From assembly GCA_010093815.1 (NCBI GenBank), contig ML996575.1: a stretch of DNA of 64,000 nt; one strand, written 5' to 3'. The DNA comes from Pseudovirgaria hyperparasitica (Eukaryota). This document shows positions 23,367-35,900 of the stretch, in pieces. The notes under the pieces are model-generated. The model made no database searches, had not been told where the DNA came from, and saw only the letters and a program-made list of their open reading frames with translations. The stretch's first letter is position 1. The number at the start of each line of letters is the position of its first letter. The translations under genes were made by a program, and so were the position numbers.

Positions 23367-23823
23367 CCTCAGGGGCAACACTTTGCGCCTCACAGACGAC
23401 GCCTCATCATCATACCTAGCACCGATGCTGACGCCCAGACGGCTGATGCTGATATTTCCAGCCGATTGAGGTAGGAGTCATCATCAGGCCAAGCTATCTA
23501 TGCCTAATACGTCCCGAGATCTGCTCATCATCTAAACCATACATAATACACAAAATCGTGCTGCCTACCGTCTTACTACATTAGGCCTCATCGTGCGCTC
23601 ACACCATGAATGAACCCTTTTTATACTTGCACCTCGACAGAGAGTGCCCTATAAAGCTCACTCCACTTTAGCCATATATTATCTGCTACCTGCTCTCCCT
23701 CCTATGCTCCCTCTCACTCTTCTGATCTGATGTACCACAGCCTACGCAGGGTTGATTGTTGAGGCTCAGTCCAGTAGTGAGCCCTGCGGCAGTCAAACAC
23801 TGCTCGTCTCGTGCATACTCAAC

Positions 23824-26800
23824 ATGGGCAAAGATAACAAAACTGCGGACAGTGATGCTGACACGGCATTGGACTCAAGCTCACCCACTGAACATGGGAA
23901 CAAGCCGGCAAAGGGCTCACTTATCGACTTCTTCGTATGCTAAGCTTGAATGTGTGTGCCGACCATCGCTGACGGAATTGCAGCGTGTGTTCGGGTATGC
24001 TACCTCTTTCGACTGGTTTTTACTCAGTCTAATGGCTTTCACTTCCATTGGCGCTGGTGCTGTGAGTGACGCTATTCTGGTGTCTTTGACGTGTGATTGA
24101 CGAAACAGTCAGGCGTTGCCTACCATGTTTATTGTATTCGGTATGCTACCAAAGCTGTATCCGGAAGCCCTCTAATAGTCCTAGGACGTATTGTGAACGG
24201 CCTCAATCAATATGCCACAGATAATTCCTCGCCTCAGAGCTTTTACACTTCAAACAGCCAGAACTCGTACGTCTTATTCTATATTAACGCAATTGGTCTG
24301 ACTCTTCCAGACTCTACGTTGTTTACATCTTTATTGGCAAATTCTTTTTGTCGTATGCTTCGATGGTTAGCGATACCCTCTTTCTTTCCGGGCAGGTCTC
24401 ATAGGATTTATAGTTCGCTGTTCGAGTGACTGGTCTACGCATATCATCAGCTTTGCGGCTTGCATACCTACAAGCCCTCTTCAAGCAACCTCTGAGTACA
24501 ATCGACAAACTTTCCATCGGAAAAGTGTCCCATCGGATCACAGCCTCGACGAGCACGATACAGCTCGGCATTTCTCAACAGCTGGCAATGCTGATCCAGT
24601 CACTCTCATTTCTCATAAGCTTTGTAATAGTGGGTTTTGTTTACAACCCTCTGCTCGCCATCGTGGCTTGTGCAAGCCTTCCTGTCACTATCATCCTACA
24701 GTCAATCACTGTTCCCATCATCCTCAAGCGACATAAAGCAGCGGAAGAGGCTAAAGAGGAGGCTTCCGCTTTAGCCCAAGAAGTTTTCGCATCTATACGT
24801 GTTGTTGCTGCATTCGGAGCAGAGGCCCTACTCTCAAAACGTCATAAGGAGCTAATTGACAGAGTCATACTTATTGGGATCAGAAGAGCCCCGCTTGACG
24901 GACTTTACATGTCTCCAACACTCTTTGGCACATACGGTACATCAGCCTTGACTTTCTATTTTGGCATTAAGCAGTTCTCTCGGGGTAATGTAAGTAACAT
25001 TGGAGAAATCGTCATGTAAGTGGGATTGCAGTATATTTTATGGTTCTTATTAACGTTTTCCACAGCGTATACTTCTGTATCATGATGGCAACTACGTCCT
25101 TCCAGAAGATCGCAACTCCGATACTCTATGTATCTCAAGCCTCTTCTGCGGCCGCCGAAATGTTTGCGACAATAAAAACACCTGTCCACGCTACTTCTGG
25201 ATTAATATATCCTGATAGCTCCGCACTTGAGGACATCGCGTTCGAAAACGTAAAGTTTTCGTATCCGAGTCGACCCGACGTGCAAATCTTGAAAGGGTTG
25301 ACCACAAGGTTCGAAGCTGGAAAGACAACCGCGATCGTAGGCCCATCTGGTTCTGGAAAAAGCACCATAGTCGGACTCCTTGAAAGATGGTATACACTGC
25401 AGAATTCGTCAGATAGCGCGACCTCATTGGTCCAAAAAGACTCCGACGAGAAAGGTTCCCATGCAAAGGAGGGGGTGCCATCATCATCAAGCGGTATTAT
25501 CAACGTTGGTCAACAGAACATCGAGGCACTGGATCTGCAATGGTGGCGAAGACAAATTGGATTCGTGCAGCAGGAGCCTTTTCTATTCAATGATACAATT
25601 ATCAAGAATATCTCCTACGGTCTATGTGGAACGGAATGGGCTGGGGCTGACTTGGCAACTCAGCGGAAAATAGTGGAAGATGCTTGCAAGCAGGCGCATG
25701 CTCACGATTTCATATCAGAGCTCCCTCAGGTCTGATTGACATGATTCTGATGTCGGGATTTTATCAGCTAACTTGGATGATAGGGTTACGACACAATGGT
25801 AGGTGAAGGCGGAATTAAGATCAGTGGAGGTCAGCGACAACGCCTGGCAATTGCTCGTGCTATCGTTAAAAACCCTCCAATCCTTATACTTGACGAAGCA
25901 ACCAGTGCATTGGACGTCCACAGCGAACAAATTGTACAAAAAGCTCTCGACGATGTGTCGCATAATCGTACGACAATCATCATCGCCCACAGGCTCTCCA
26001 CTATCAAGAAGGCCGATAAGATTGTGGTCATGCGAAATGGTCGAGTGATTGAGGAAGGTACTCATGATGGATTAGTTGCCATGACAGACGGCTTCTACCA
26101 TTCACTTGTGTCCGCTCAAGGACTGGCCCTTGGTGATGATGGCAGGGAACGATATGACGAGTCTGATCCTCCTGTGGACAGACTGCAAAGAATGGTTTCA
26201 CGTCAGAAGACCGAAGATATCAATACTACAGAGAAGGAAAGTAAGCCCGTTGAAGCGAATCACGTCGATGTGGACATTTTCAGGAGTTTCGGTAGGCTTC
26301 TGTATGAACAGCGTCATCGTTGGTGGATCTACACGATCTGTGGAATTACAGCTTGCATCAATGGAGGCAAGTCTTAGTCAGATCTCAAATCTAAAGGTGA
26401 AACTGACATCTTTTGACAGCCTCCTATCCGCTGATGGCATACTTCTTCGCTAAAATCATCAATGTCTTTTCGCTACCAAACCTAGGCGCGTTAGTTGACC
26501 GAGGCAACTTCTGGTCACTAATGTTCTTCATCATGGCTATCGTAGTCATTTTCTCATACGGTGGCCTGGCTTGGTCTGCCGTACACCTGTCATGTGTAAG
26601 TCTACTGGCGCCCATCACAGTACCCCCACTGACCAGATGCAGACCGTATCGAGCCATTACCAACAAGAATACTTTGAGAACCTTGTGCGGAAGCCTATCG
26701 TGTTCTTTGATGCCGAGGGGAGCTCTCCCGGGACCTTGACCTCGAAACTTGCAACTGATCCTCAACAAATGCAGTCCATGATGGGCGTGGAAATGGCTGT

Positions 26801-28246
26801 GACTCTAGTCGGGATCACTAGTATTGTCGGATCCATCATCATCTCGTTTGCTCTTGGCTGGAAGCTTGCTTTGGTCGGCTGTCTTGCTGTCGTACCCGTC
26901 ATTCTTCTGGCCGGTGCCATGCGTGTCAAGCTGGAGATCCAGTTCGACAAGATGAACTCGAAAGTCTTTGAAAGCAGTTCTCAATTTGCGACTGAAGCCG
27001 TGGGGGCATTCCGCACCGTCACAGCTTTGACTATGGAAGATACGATCTGTGATCGGTACTATATGCTGATGAATGAACATGGGACGGCTGCCTTGAAAAA
27101 AGCTGTCTGGGGAACTTTGGTCTTCGCTCTATCTGACAGCGTCGACATCGCTTGCAATGCCCTTGTCTTTTGGTAAGAGCCGGCCTTCGACTCGAATCAT
27201 AGGCGGCAGTAAATACTGACAATAGACAGGTATGGCGGCAAGCTAGTTGCAGACGGTGAATACAGCATCTTCCAATTTTTCGTGGTCTACATGGCTGCCG
27301 TACAAAGCACCCAGGGCGCAGCCATGTGGTTTGCCTTTTCACCAAGTACGTCAAGCCCTCTCAACACCCGCCATACAAGACTGACCGCATCATAGACATG
27401 GCCAGCGCAACCAGCGCTAGTAACCGTATCATCGGCTCCCGACCATCCAAAACCATCTCCCCCTCCTCAAATGTCTCGCCCCAGCCCTCTTCCGGCGGCG
27501 CAGCCATCGAGCTCTCCAATGTCCGCTTCACCTACGACACCCGCTCTGACCCCGTGCTCAAAGGCCTCAGCCTCAGCATACAAGCGGGCCAATTCGCCGC
27601 CCTCGTCGGCGCGTCCGGCTGCGGCAAGTCGACCATCATATCCCTCCTCGAACGCTTCTACGACATCGACTCCGGCACCATCACATACGACGGCGTCGAC
27701 ATCAGCACGCTCAACACGCGCGAGTACCGAGCAAACCTGGCACTTGTAGCGCAGGAGCCGACACTGTACGAAGGCACGATTCGGGATAACATTGCGCTGT
27801 CAATGGGCGAGACGGCCGCCGCTGACGAGGATATACACGAGGCGTGTCGCGAGGCGCATATTCACGATTTCATCACTTCTCTGCCGGAGGGATACGCCAC
27901 AAGGCTTGGTCCGAAGGGCATCTCGCTGTCCGGCGGACAGAAGCAGCGGATTACATTGGCGCGGGCACTCCTGCGTAAGCCTAGGTTGCTTCTGCTTGAT
28001 GAGGCTACGTCGAGTCTGGATTCGGAGAGCGAGAAGCAGGTCCAAGCAGCGATTGAGCGCGCGGCTGGGAAGGGCCAGAGGACTATCCTTGCTGTTGCGC
28101 ATCGGTTGGCGACGGTTCAGAACGCGGACGTGATCTTTGTGTTGGGGACGGGTGGGAAGTTGGTCGAAAAGGGGAGCCATGCGGAGTTGGTACGGGCAAG
28201 GGGGGTGTATTTCCAGATGTGCCAGGCTCAGGCGCTGGATAGGTGA
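23824..28246 (+). CDS. Full-length ABCB (MDR/P-glycoprotein-like) transporter
   Basis: TMD-NBD-TMD-NBD layout across many exons. Walker [10 protein letters not shown] and GASGCGKST, signatures ISGGQRQR and LSGGQKQR, Walker B LDEATS, and AHRL. Confidence 0.95.
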
Positions 28247-28578
28247 TGGAGACGCACTTTTTCAAAACATTCTCTTCTCTCGGGCCTCTCACTCCTCTTG
28301 GCATATCAACACTGAGCTCTCCTCTCTTTGACGCAGTTCATAGACATACTTCACTCATAGCCCTACCTGAGCGGGATATCCTCACTTGTAATCTTATTCA
28401 TCACATCAAAAATGATAGAACCCTTAATCCTCACTTTGATACATCTATCACTCGATTCGCTCAGCTCTCATGATTCCCAACCCCTTCCACACACACAAAA
28501 GCAAAACGCCTCTCGCCCAACCCGTCTAAACCTCCCCATCACCCAACCGATACAAATACAAACCCCAACACCCCTTGA

Positions 28579-28980
28579 TCACCTCAACCCCGCAACCGCC
28601 TTCCTAACACTCTCCCTCGCCTGCTCAAGCTCCATCTCCAACGTCCCCTGCCTATGCGCCACCTTGACCGCACGATGCAACTCCACAAGATCCCTTGCAC
28701 GCGCAATATCAGGATCGGCCTCTGACGCTGCCGCTGTCTGATCTTGTCCAGACGATACTACCTGCCCCGAAGACTCCGACGGCGGACGCGCAGAGACGAG
28801 TGCCATTGCTGCAGCGTGGTCCTGCGGTGACGGATGTTAGATGTCACATAGCAGACAGCAGATGAAAATCCATGACATAGTGGGGGAAGTATGAATTGAG
28901 AGGGCAGAGCACATTATGGCACGGGTACTTACGCAGGCGCGGAGAGACGTGAGATCGGAGAGGATCTCTGCGATTTGCAT
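28579..28980 (-). CDS. Small fungal hypothetical protein (two exons)
   Basis: MQIAEILSDLTSLRAC, GTAAGT intron ending at CAG, then DHAAAMALVSA...DPDIARARDLVELH... Confidence 0.75.
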
Positions 28981-29433
28981 GATTGAGCGTGGGATGAGAT
29001 AGATGGACGGGTTGGGCGCAGGGTGTGAAGTTTGCTGTTGTGGGTTCGCTTTAGAATGATGATACGAGCTTCTGTAGCGCGAGCACCCCCTGTAAACGAG
29101 GTTGACTTTCGAGGCGCTCTAGGCGTTCCGTTCAAGTATATGATCCTGTGATGTAGCAATGTGTGGCTGTCATGTACACGGTGGAGTTTAGCAGACCAGC
29201 TCGAAACGCCGAGACCGGGGCCTAAGGGATCCATATCCGTAGCACGCTAGTCCGTGTATGGATGCGCCAACCCAAGCTATACACCGGCCGGCCGCCGGGA
29301 GAGAGGAGACGCGGCCAAGCTGAACGATCCTTCCGTTCTGATTTCCGCACGCTCACGATGCCACCAACATCACACTTAACCCCTTCCATCTCGGCCTGCA
29401 TCTCAAGCACCGTGCACGCTCTCACGATCCACC

Positions 29434-30208
29434 ATGACAACGGCAGCATCCATCAAGGCTAATTGCCGCAAGGTAATGTGCATCGGCCGCAACTACGCCG
29501 AGCACGTTGCCGAGCTCAACAACCAGCGGCCCAAGCAACCGTTCTTCTTCCTGAAGCCGCCGAGCGCGATTCTGACGCCCGGTGCGGGCCCCGTACTGCG
29601 GCCGCGCGGCGTCAAGATGCATTATGAGGTGGAGCTGGGGCTGGTGATTGGGCGGGCGGTGCGCGATTTGCACCCCGAGGACGCACAGGGTGCGCTGGAC
29701 TCGATTGCAGGTACGGGGTACAGACGCGAAGATACACAGAAAGAAAACAAAAATGAGTTGAATTAATGCTGGGTAAACAGGTTATCTGCTCGCTATAGAC
29801 ATGACGGCGCGCAATGTACAAGACGAGGCCAAGAAGAAGGGTCTACCGTGGTCCATCGCCAAAGGCTTCGATACATTTCTCCCGATTAGTAACTTCATTG
29901 CGAAGTCTCGCATACCCGATCCTCACAACGCGCGGTTGTGGCTCAGCGTCGGCGGTCAAATGAAGCAAGAAGACAGTACCGAGCTCATGCTGTTCAGAAT
30001 ACCGAGACAGCTTAGCGACATCAGCAAGGTCATGTCGCTGGAAAAGGGGGACATCATCCTGACAGGTACACCGAAAGGCGTTGGACCAGTCCAAACGGGC
30101 GATATTATGAAGGCCGGTTTGAGTGTCGGTGGCCAGGAGGTGGAAGAGGCAAACATTGAGGTGGAAGTAAAAGATCGCGAGGGGCCCTACGAATTCAGAG
30201 AGACATAG
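29434..30208 (+). CDS. FMP41: Fumarylacetoacetate hydrolase family protein (FAHD1/Fmp41-like)
   Basis: KVMCIGRNYAEH, PFFFLKP, HYEVEL, DMTARNVQDEAKKKGLPWSIAKGFDTF, GDIILTGTPKGVG. One intron at about 29711-29780. Confidence 0.92.
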
Positions 30209-30257
30209 ATGTCGCCCTAGTTATCTTTCATGACCTTTCATAGAACCTGCGCGTCTT

Positions 30258-31521
30258 TCAATCCTGCAATATTGACTGGGAGTTCTCGATTTCGGCGGCA
30301 AACGTTGCGTCGTCAACTGGCTGTAGAATCTGTCGTCGCTGCTTAGGACCCCGCTGCGGCTTTTGGAGGATCCGATTGACCTTCTGATTGGATGTAGCCA
30401 GCGGTTGCGCTTTTGGTGTGATACATGCCGCCGGGTTTCCTAGGACTTGATGGATTCTCGTATGCTTGACGGAGTCTGGCTGTGCCCCTCGAGCTTGACT
30501 TCTAGTCTGACGAGTGGTAGGCAATGGACACATTTTTCTTCTCTTTGCGCAATGTTCGGAGGATAAGTCAAGCATGCTTTGGATCTGCGGATTCGGGAGG
30601 CTGACTCGCTTTGCATTTTGAATCGCAGCGAAAGGGCGCTTGAAGACACCGTATTCGGAGGTACTATTGTATTCCCGAGAGGCACGTCGTTGGAATGCTT
30701 GCTCAGCTGGCGATTCTAATATTGGAAGTTTACGCTTTGCCATATTCCTATGCAATATGTCAGTGTCGTAGGCCTGTTCAGACTGAGGCCTCAACATACA
30801 AGCTCTTTTGGGCCAAAGGGCTGCATTGTACCTGAATCTGCGGCGACGAGGGCTCAGATTCAATTGGCACCGATGGGGTGACATTAACGGCATGGTATCC
30901 TCCTTTCAGTTTGAAGACCTCGTATTGCAGTTCTCTGTTCAGTAACATCAAGTCCCGATTGCCATTTTCAAGATCCTCTATTCTGTCACGCATGTTCTTT
31001 GCTCCGTCGTCTTCCATGTTTCTTCTCTTCTCAAAAGCATCAAGGCGTCTTGCCAAGTTCTTCACATCTTCTGGATCGTTCTTGCGCACGAGAGTACCGG
31101 AGGATTGTTTGAGTGCTTCGTGGTACACTTGAAGCTGCGTAAGTCTTGATTTCAGTGTATCATGGTCCTTCTTCATTCCTTCAAGTCCTTTGATCGCATT
31201 CTTCAGCTGGGCGTCAATGGACATGACCTGGATGTGCTCTGACTGCGTTGCCTTGCACTGTTCCTCGTCCCTGACTTTCTGCTCTGCGGTTGACTTATCA
31301 AGCTTTGATACGAGCGTTCTCTGTAGCTCATCAACTTTAGCCAGGTGTCCGTCTATTGCGCTCGAGATCTTAGTGACGCTGCCATCTGTGGCTTTGAGGT
31401 CGTTCTCTACCCCCTTTACCAATGCCTCGAGGGTATCCATGCGCCGTAGCAGATGAAGATGTTGCTTTTTGAGCTCGTGCGCCCATAGAAGAGATGTCGG
31501 ACTCGAAGGTCTTGGAGTCAT
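30258..31521 (-). CDS. Hypothetical coiled-coil protein
   Basis: MTPRPSSPTSLLWAHELKKQH, a long heptad-rich region, and an intron at about 30748-30799 (GTATGT..CTGAC..TAG) joining the two ORF-track pieces. Confidence 0.7.
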
Positions 31522-31646
31522 CGCGGCGACGCGTTGACTATTCGAGATCACAGGAGTCGTCAGTAGGCGGCGCGAGAGAAAGCCTTTGGACTGCGGCGTG
31601 ACGAAAGACTACGGTCGATTCTCTAGGTGGGAAGTAACCTCTTGGG

Positions 31647-31655
31647 AAAAAAAAA
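31647..31655 (-). terminator. T9 run, putative Pol III terminator
   Basis: A9 on the + strand. It is the first run of 5 or more T downstream of box B on the minus strand. Confidence 0.45.
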
Positions 31656-31993
31656 TATAGATGGCCGCTCAGATAGCTGCGAGCGCGCGCAAAGTATCAG
31701 TTATCGCGTTCACACGTGTCGAGCGTGGAAGGGGCCTGGTTGACCGCACGTGGTTGGATACAGCAAGAACCATGGAACGAAAAGTCATCAGCCTGTCCGA
31801 TTCCTCAACTCCAACCATGAGCATCCGCGAAACCCCTAGAGTCCCAACGATCAAGTTATCTTTTTTTACCACGTCTCGAACTGTCGGAAAGGCTAAAAGG
31901 GGTATCACGTCATTTTGGGTTCACTCACTCCCAGATACTGCCAAAACGCAAAAGGACATGGCGGAAATGTCCAATATGCCCCGTGTACTAGCC
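31647..31993 (-). ncRNA. Candidate structured ncRNA downstream of the tRNA-like head
   Basis: Several stems (GGACAT/ATGTCC, CGTTTTGG/CCAAAATG, TTCCGAC/GTTGGGA, TGGTTGGA/TCCAACCA), ending in a T9 run. Confidence 0.4.
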
Positions 31994-32113
31994 TGGCTTG
32001 ACCGAGAGTCGAACCTAGGATCTTCCACGCGACCGGAATAAACGCACGGAATGCGCTGCCGATTTTCTTGATTGTACAACGTAGCACGTATTTACCATCT
32101 ACGCCATTAGCGC
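31994..32113 (-). tRNA. Degenerate intron-containing tRNA-like sequence (anticodon ambiguous, GTA or TGT) carrying Pol III box A and box B
   Basis: Box A TGGCGTAGATGG (32095-32106), D stem GCGT/ACGT, anticodon stem CTACG/CGTGG around an insert of about 45 nt, box B GGTTCGACTC (32006-32015). The acceptor and T stems are mismatched. Confidence 0.55.
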
Positions 32114-32948
32114 TGCACCGAAGTCGACTTGATTTATTGAATTCATATTTTGTGTCTGGAAATCAAGATTTGACTTGGGATTACTTACGTCAGGTAGGTG
32201 AACAGTGCCACTATTCACCTGGATGCCAAATTAGCACTCAGGCTTGAACGAGTACCGCCCACTCCTGATTAGATCTCAGGGAGGGTTCTTCTTGTGTGCA
32301 CCCACGGGAAGGGGTGGAGGCGGATGAGAACAAAATCTACATGCATACCCACACTTCAAATTCTACTTATTTCAAGTCCTCAATTACACTCTTTCACACC
32401 TGCATATCTGTTTAGATTTCCTGCCACCTCGTTCGACTATTTCGTATATGTTCATGTACACGATCGGTTTACAAGCTTGCTTCTACGAAAAAGGCATAAT
32501 ATGAGTTAAAAATTTGAAGAAGGACCATATGAGCATTGAATCATCTACGCTACGGTCTATACAAAGCGTCAGTCTAACGCGGACTCACAAGCTCAAATGC
32601 CATGCCGCAGGGGTATCTAGGCCAAGGACCACGATCATCACAAAGGAAAGGCAAAACTAGAGAGAAGCGAGTAGCACAGCCGCTGTAGGAATGTAAAAGA
32701 ATAGGACGGTGTCAAGCAGATCGAGCGTGCGCGCACAGAAACTCGCACCTGAAAATGCTTTGAAGTGCTGTGGCTGCGACACCTCCACGCGACACCTCTT
32801 CTGACCTCGGCGTCAATATCCAACAGCCTCAGATTCAAGGTCTTTCCGACCTTCTTATGTGCCATACCTTTCCGCCTTCGTCGTGCTACTCTAGTTCTCC
32901 TAAATCTGAGCTACACAACATTGCTCTCCTGCTGAGACATCTTCGGAC

Positions 32949-35900
32949 TCAGCCGTCTGGAGTGTTGGTTCCACTTGTGAAGTAGCTCTGGTCGATTCTC
33001 AAAATCCATTCGATCTTCTCCGCCTCAGTCCTCGTCTTGAAAATCCAGGCATTTTCTCTCGCCCAGATAGCAAAGACTGTACCACCGCCTGAACTGCCAA
33101 GCGAATCGCCATGTCCACCATTCCTTTTGCCGCCCAAATTGAGTAGACGCGCAACCTGAGGCTGGTGATCCACACGTGCATTAGACAGGTTTATGGCATG
33201 AACCTCGTCTCCTTCTGGAACGCTGTATATGTGGAGATACGGCTTCCTGAGCTCAGCGAAGCGCCGCACCCAGCGTGTGTGATTTGGATCTGGAGTCAAG
33301 AGATACCCACCTTTCAGTAAGGCCGGGTTTTTAGGAACATTGCGCACGCTTGCTATGAGCGAAGGCAGCTTTGGCTTGGCAGTCGATGTGGATGATGTGC
33401 GTGGACGAGGGGCAAACGCTGCACCTTCAGCTGGAGGTTCTAGATTTGCTGGTTGGAGAATTTGTTCAGCGGAATCTGGTACAGTTTGCCATAATCCAAG
33501 CACTCTAGAAAGTAGTTGTTTTTGAACCCCATTGAATTCATCTTCCGTGCTTATCGAAAATGGACTACCCACACGGGAATTGTCCGTGCTGGTCTCAATA
33601 GTCAGCGAGCGTGAACTGAGAACACTCCGAGCCGTTTCAATCTCAGCGATGCGGCGACGTCGTTTCTGGATAGCGATGAAGTCACGAACGAGACTGACTC
33701 CCCGTGGAGTCCATCCGTTAAGTAATTCCTCTCCGGTGATCACTTCGTATTGGGTATTGAGTCTCCACATGTCCGTGGTGCTTTGAACGGATGTTGGTCG
33801 AATCGTGACGGAGAAGATGCCCACTGTGGAATGTACTATACGGGTAGGATTCATGAATTGTTGGAAGAAATTCGACGGCCTGACATATGTTCGGGAGCGC
33901 ATCTGCAGACCTATGTCGTGGGAGAATATCATGGGCCGGCTGAGCTTGGTGCATATGGCGCTCCATGAAAGGCTGACTTGTACACGATATTTTTCAGACG
34001 TGACTCTGTCTAATAACAGAGACCCGTGCATGCTGGAATCCCAATGTCCAACGAAGGTTACATTGTTTGTACCATCAGCATTTTCTTTTACTGTAGGTGG
34101 AGAGACAAGCTTGATTGGGATGTCCTCTTGTGGCTCATCTAATGAGGGAGATTTTCCTTGATGATCAAGAAGACGTACTTTACCAATGCGGATGGATGTA
34201 ATATCTTGCCACTTCAGCATCTCTCCAGAGCTGTGGACGAGGTTGACTACGACTCTACGCTGTAGACCTTGATGAAGCTGATATGCACCGGCATCTTCAG
34301 CGCTATGTTGGACTACCTCAGTGGGCTGATAAGTACCATCCTCGGAGATCTCATGTATCTGTATTCGGGCGAATATATCGTGAACTTCTTCCGAATAGAA
34401 TTCCGATTCAGCAATGCGTGCACTCCGTTTCTTCTGTCTTGATGGTGGCGCCGAGTCTCTCATGTCGTCCCAGCTGAGCAACATGTCAAGATGCATTGGG
34501 GTAGCTTTGGCGAAGATTGAGATACGAAGCGCTGAATCGCGCGGACTGGATAGAGGAAGGCTCATGCTATGCACACTCTCAAAGCGTATTGGATCCTCGT
34601 CAAATCCGCTGATCATTTGAGTAGTAGTCCCGCCACCCTCCTCAGATATTCCAGGCACAAAGAGCTGTGCATGTATATCTGTGCCCTCACGCTCCGGGAA
34701 CCCTACAAGTTCATGCATCACAACATTGAACTTCAATGTCGATGAGGGTGCTTCAGCAGAGGAAGGCTCAAGTGAAAGCTTGATGATTCCAATCACATTC
34801 GACGTAAAAGGTGAAATGACGTCCAGAGTGCAGTCTTGCACGCGTGATTCGAAAACTGCAACAAGTGGCACATCCGCCTCTCCAATGCGAGAGAATTCTG
34901 GCTGGCAAGACTCTGTGAAGGGGTTTTCTAGTTTGAAGTGCTGCAGATATTCTGGTCGGTCCAAGTATTGATGCATTTGCCGCATCAGCCGAACTCTTCG
35001 ATCGAGTTTCTGTAGGGACCATAAATAGATGACATTCTTTGCGAAGTCAACGACCCTGACACCTACACATGGCTTTGGTGTAAACTCCAAATCCTCATCA
35101 TCTTCGTAGGGTTCTCCATTCAAGACCAAGTCATAGGAAGAAGCAATATGGTGGCCCTTGTCGATGATACAGAACTGAAATACAACATTCTTGTCCATTT
35201 GTTGGCTCATGATTTGAGCCTCCTTCAAGGTGGAAGCCTTCTGCATAATGATGCCAGCCATCGCAACATACCTTCGCTGTCGCCAACGGTCGAGGACTTT
35301 CTTGGCCAGATGGATCTCTTTTTCAGTCGGTTCTGCAGACCCGGTTGCAGGGTCTGTTCCTGTTGATAGTTCCACTTCTTTCCCGTTCGTAAGGGTCTTG
35401 ATTTGCTCTTCAAACGCTTCTTTCTGTGCCTGAAGTTCTTGCTGCATTTGTACTTTGAGCTCACGAAGATTGTCTTCCATTTGGATCTTTTCTGCCCTGA
35501 TCTCCGCTATCTCAGTGGGACCATCTTCTGCCTCTTGGAGCTTAGTGTTATAATCGTCCTTCTGCTTGTCAAGTTGTTGCTGCATGTCCTCTCGAACGAT
35601 CTTGAGGCGTTCGTCCTCATCGCCAAGGCGAGGAGTAGAAGGTACTGTCAGTGCGGTGTCCAGAGAGAAGTTGTCAAGGGTTCCGTTGGAAGCATATTTC
35701 TCTCGAATAGGATAGGATGTGACAGAGTCTGTGTCGTCCTCGATATCGTTTCCAAACAAGCGACTCTCAGGTCGCGCTTTGCGAACAGCTCTTACTCTTT
35801 GGAGATCGTCGAACAATACATCGAGCTCTTCATCTGTGAGATTTGACATCTTCTGGTCACCAAGTATGGCTGTCACTGCCTCTCTTCGCGCAAACGACCA

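Noticed and set aside
31780..31800. CTGATGA as a hammerhead ribozyme core
   Set aside because: No correctly placed GAAA or stems II/III on that strand.
31975..31990. ACACGGGGC as the RNase MRP CR-V motif
   Set aside because: No upstream GAAAGTCCCC-type CR-I partner to form P4.
31661..32087. ORF-track ORFs 31661-32041(+), 31669-31908(-) and 31905-32087(-) as proteins
   Set aside because: No recognisable motifs; the tRNA-like/structured RNA reading explains the region better.
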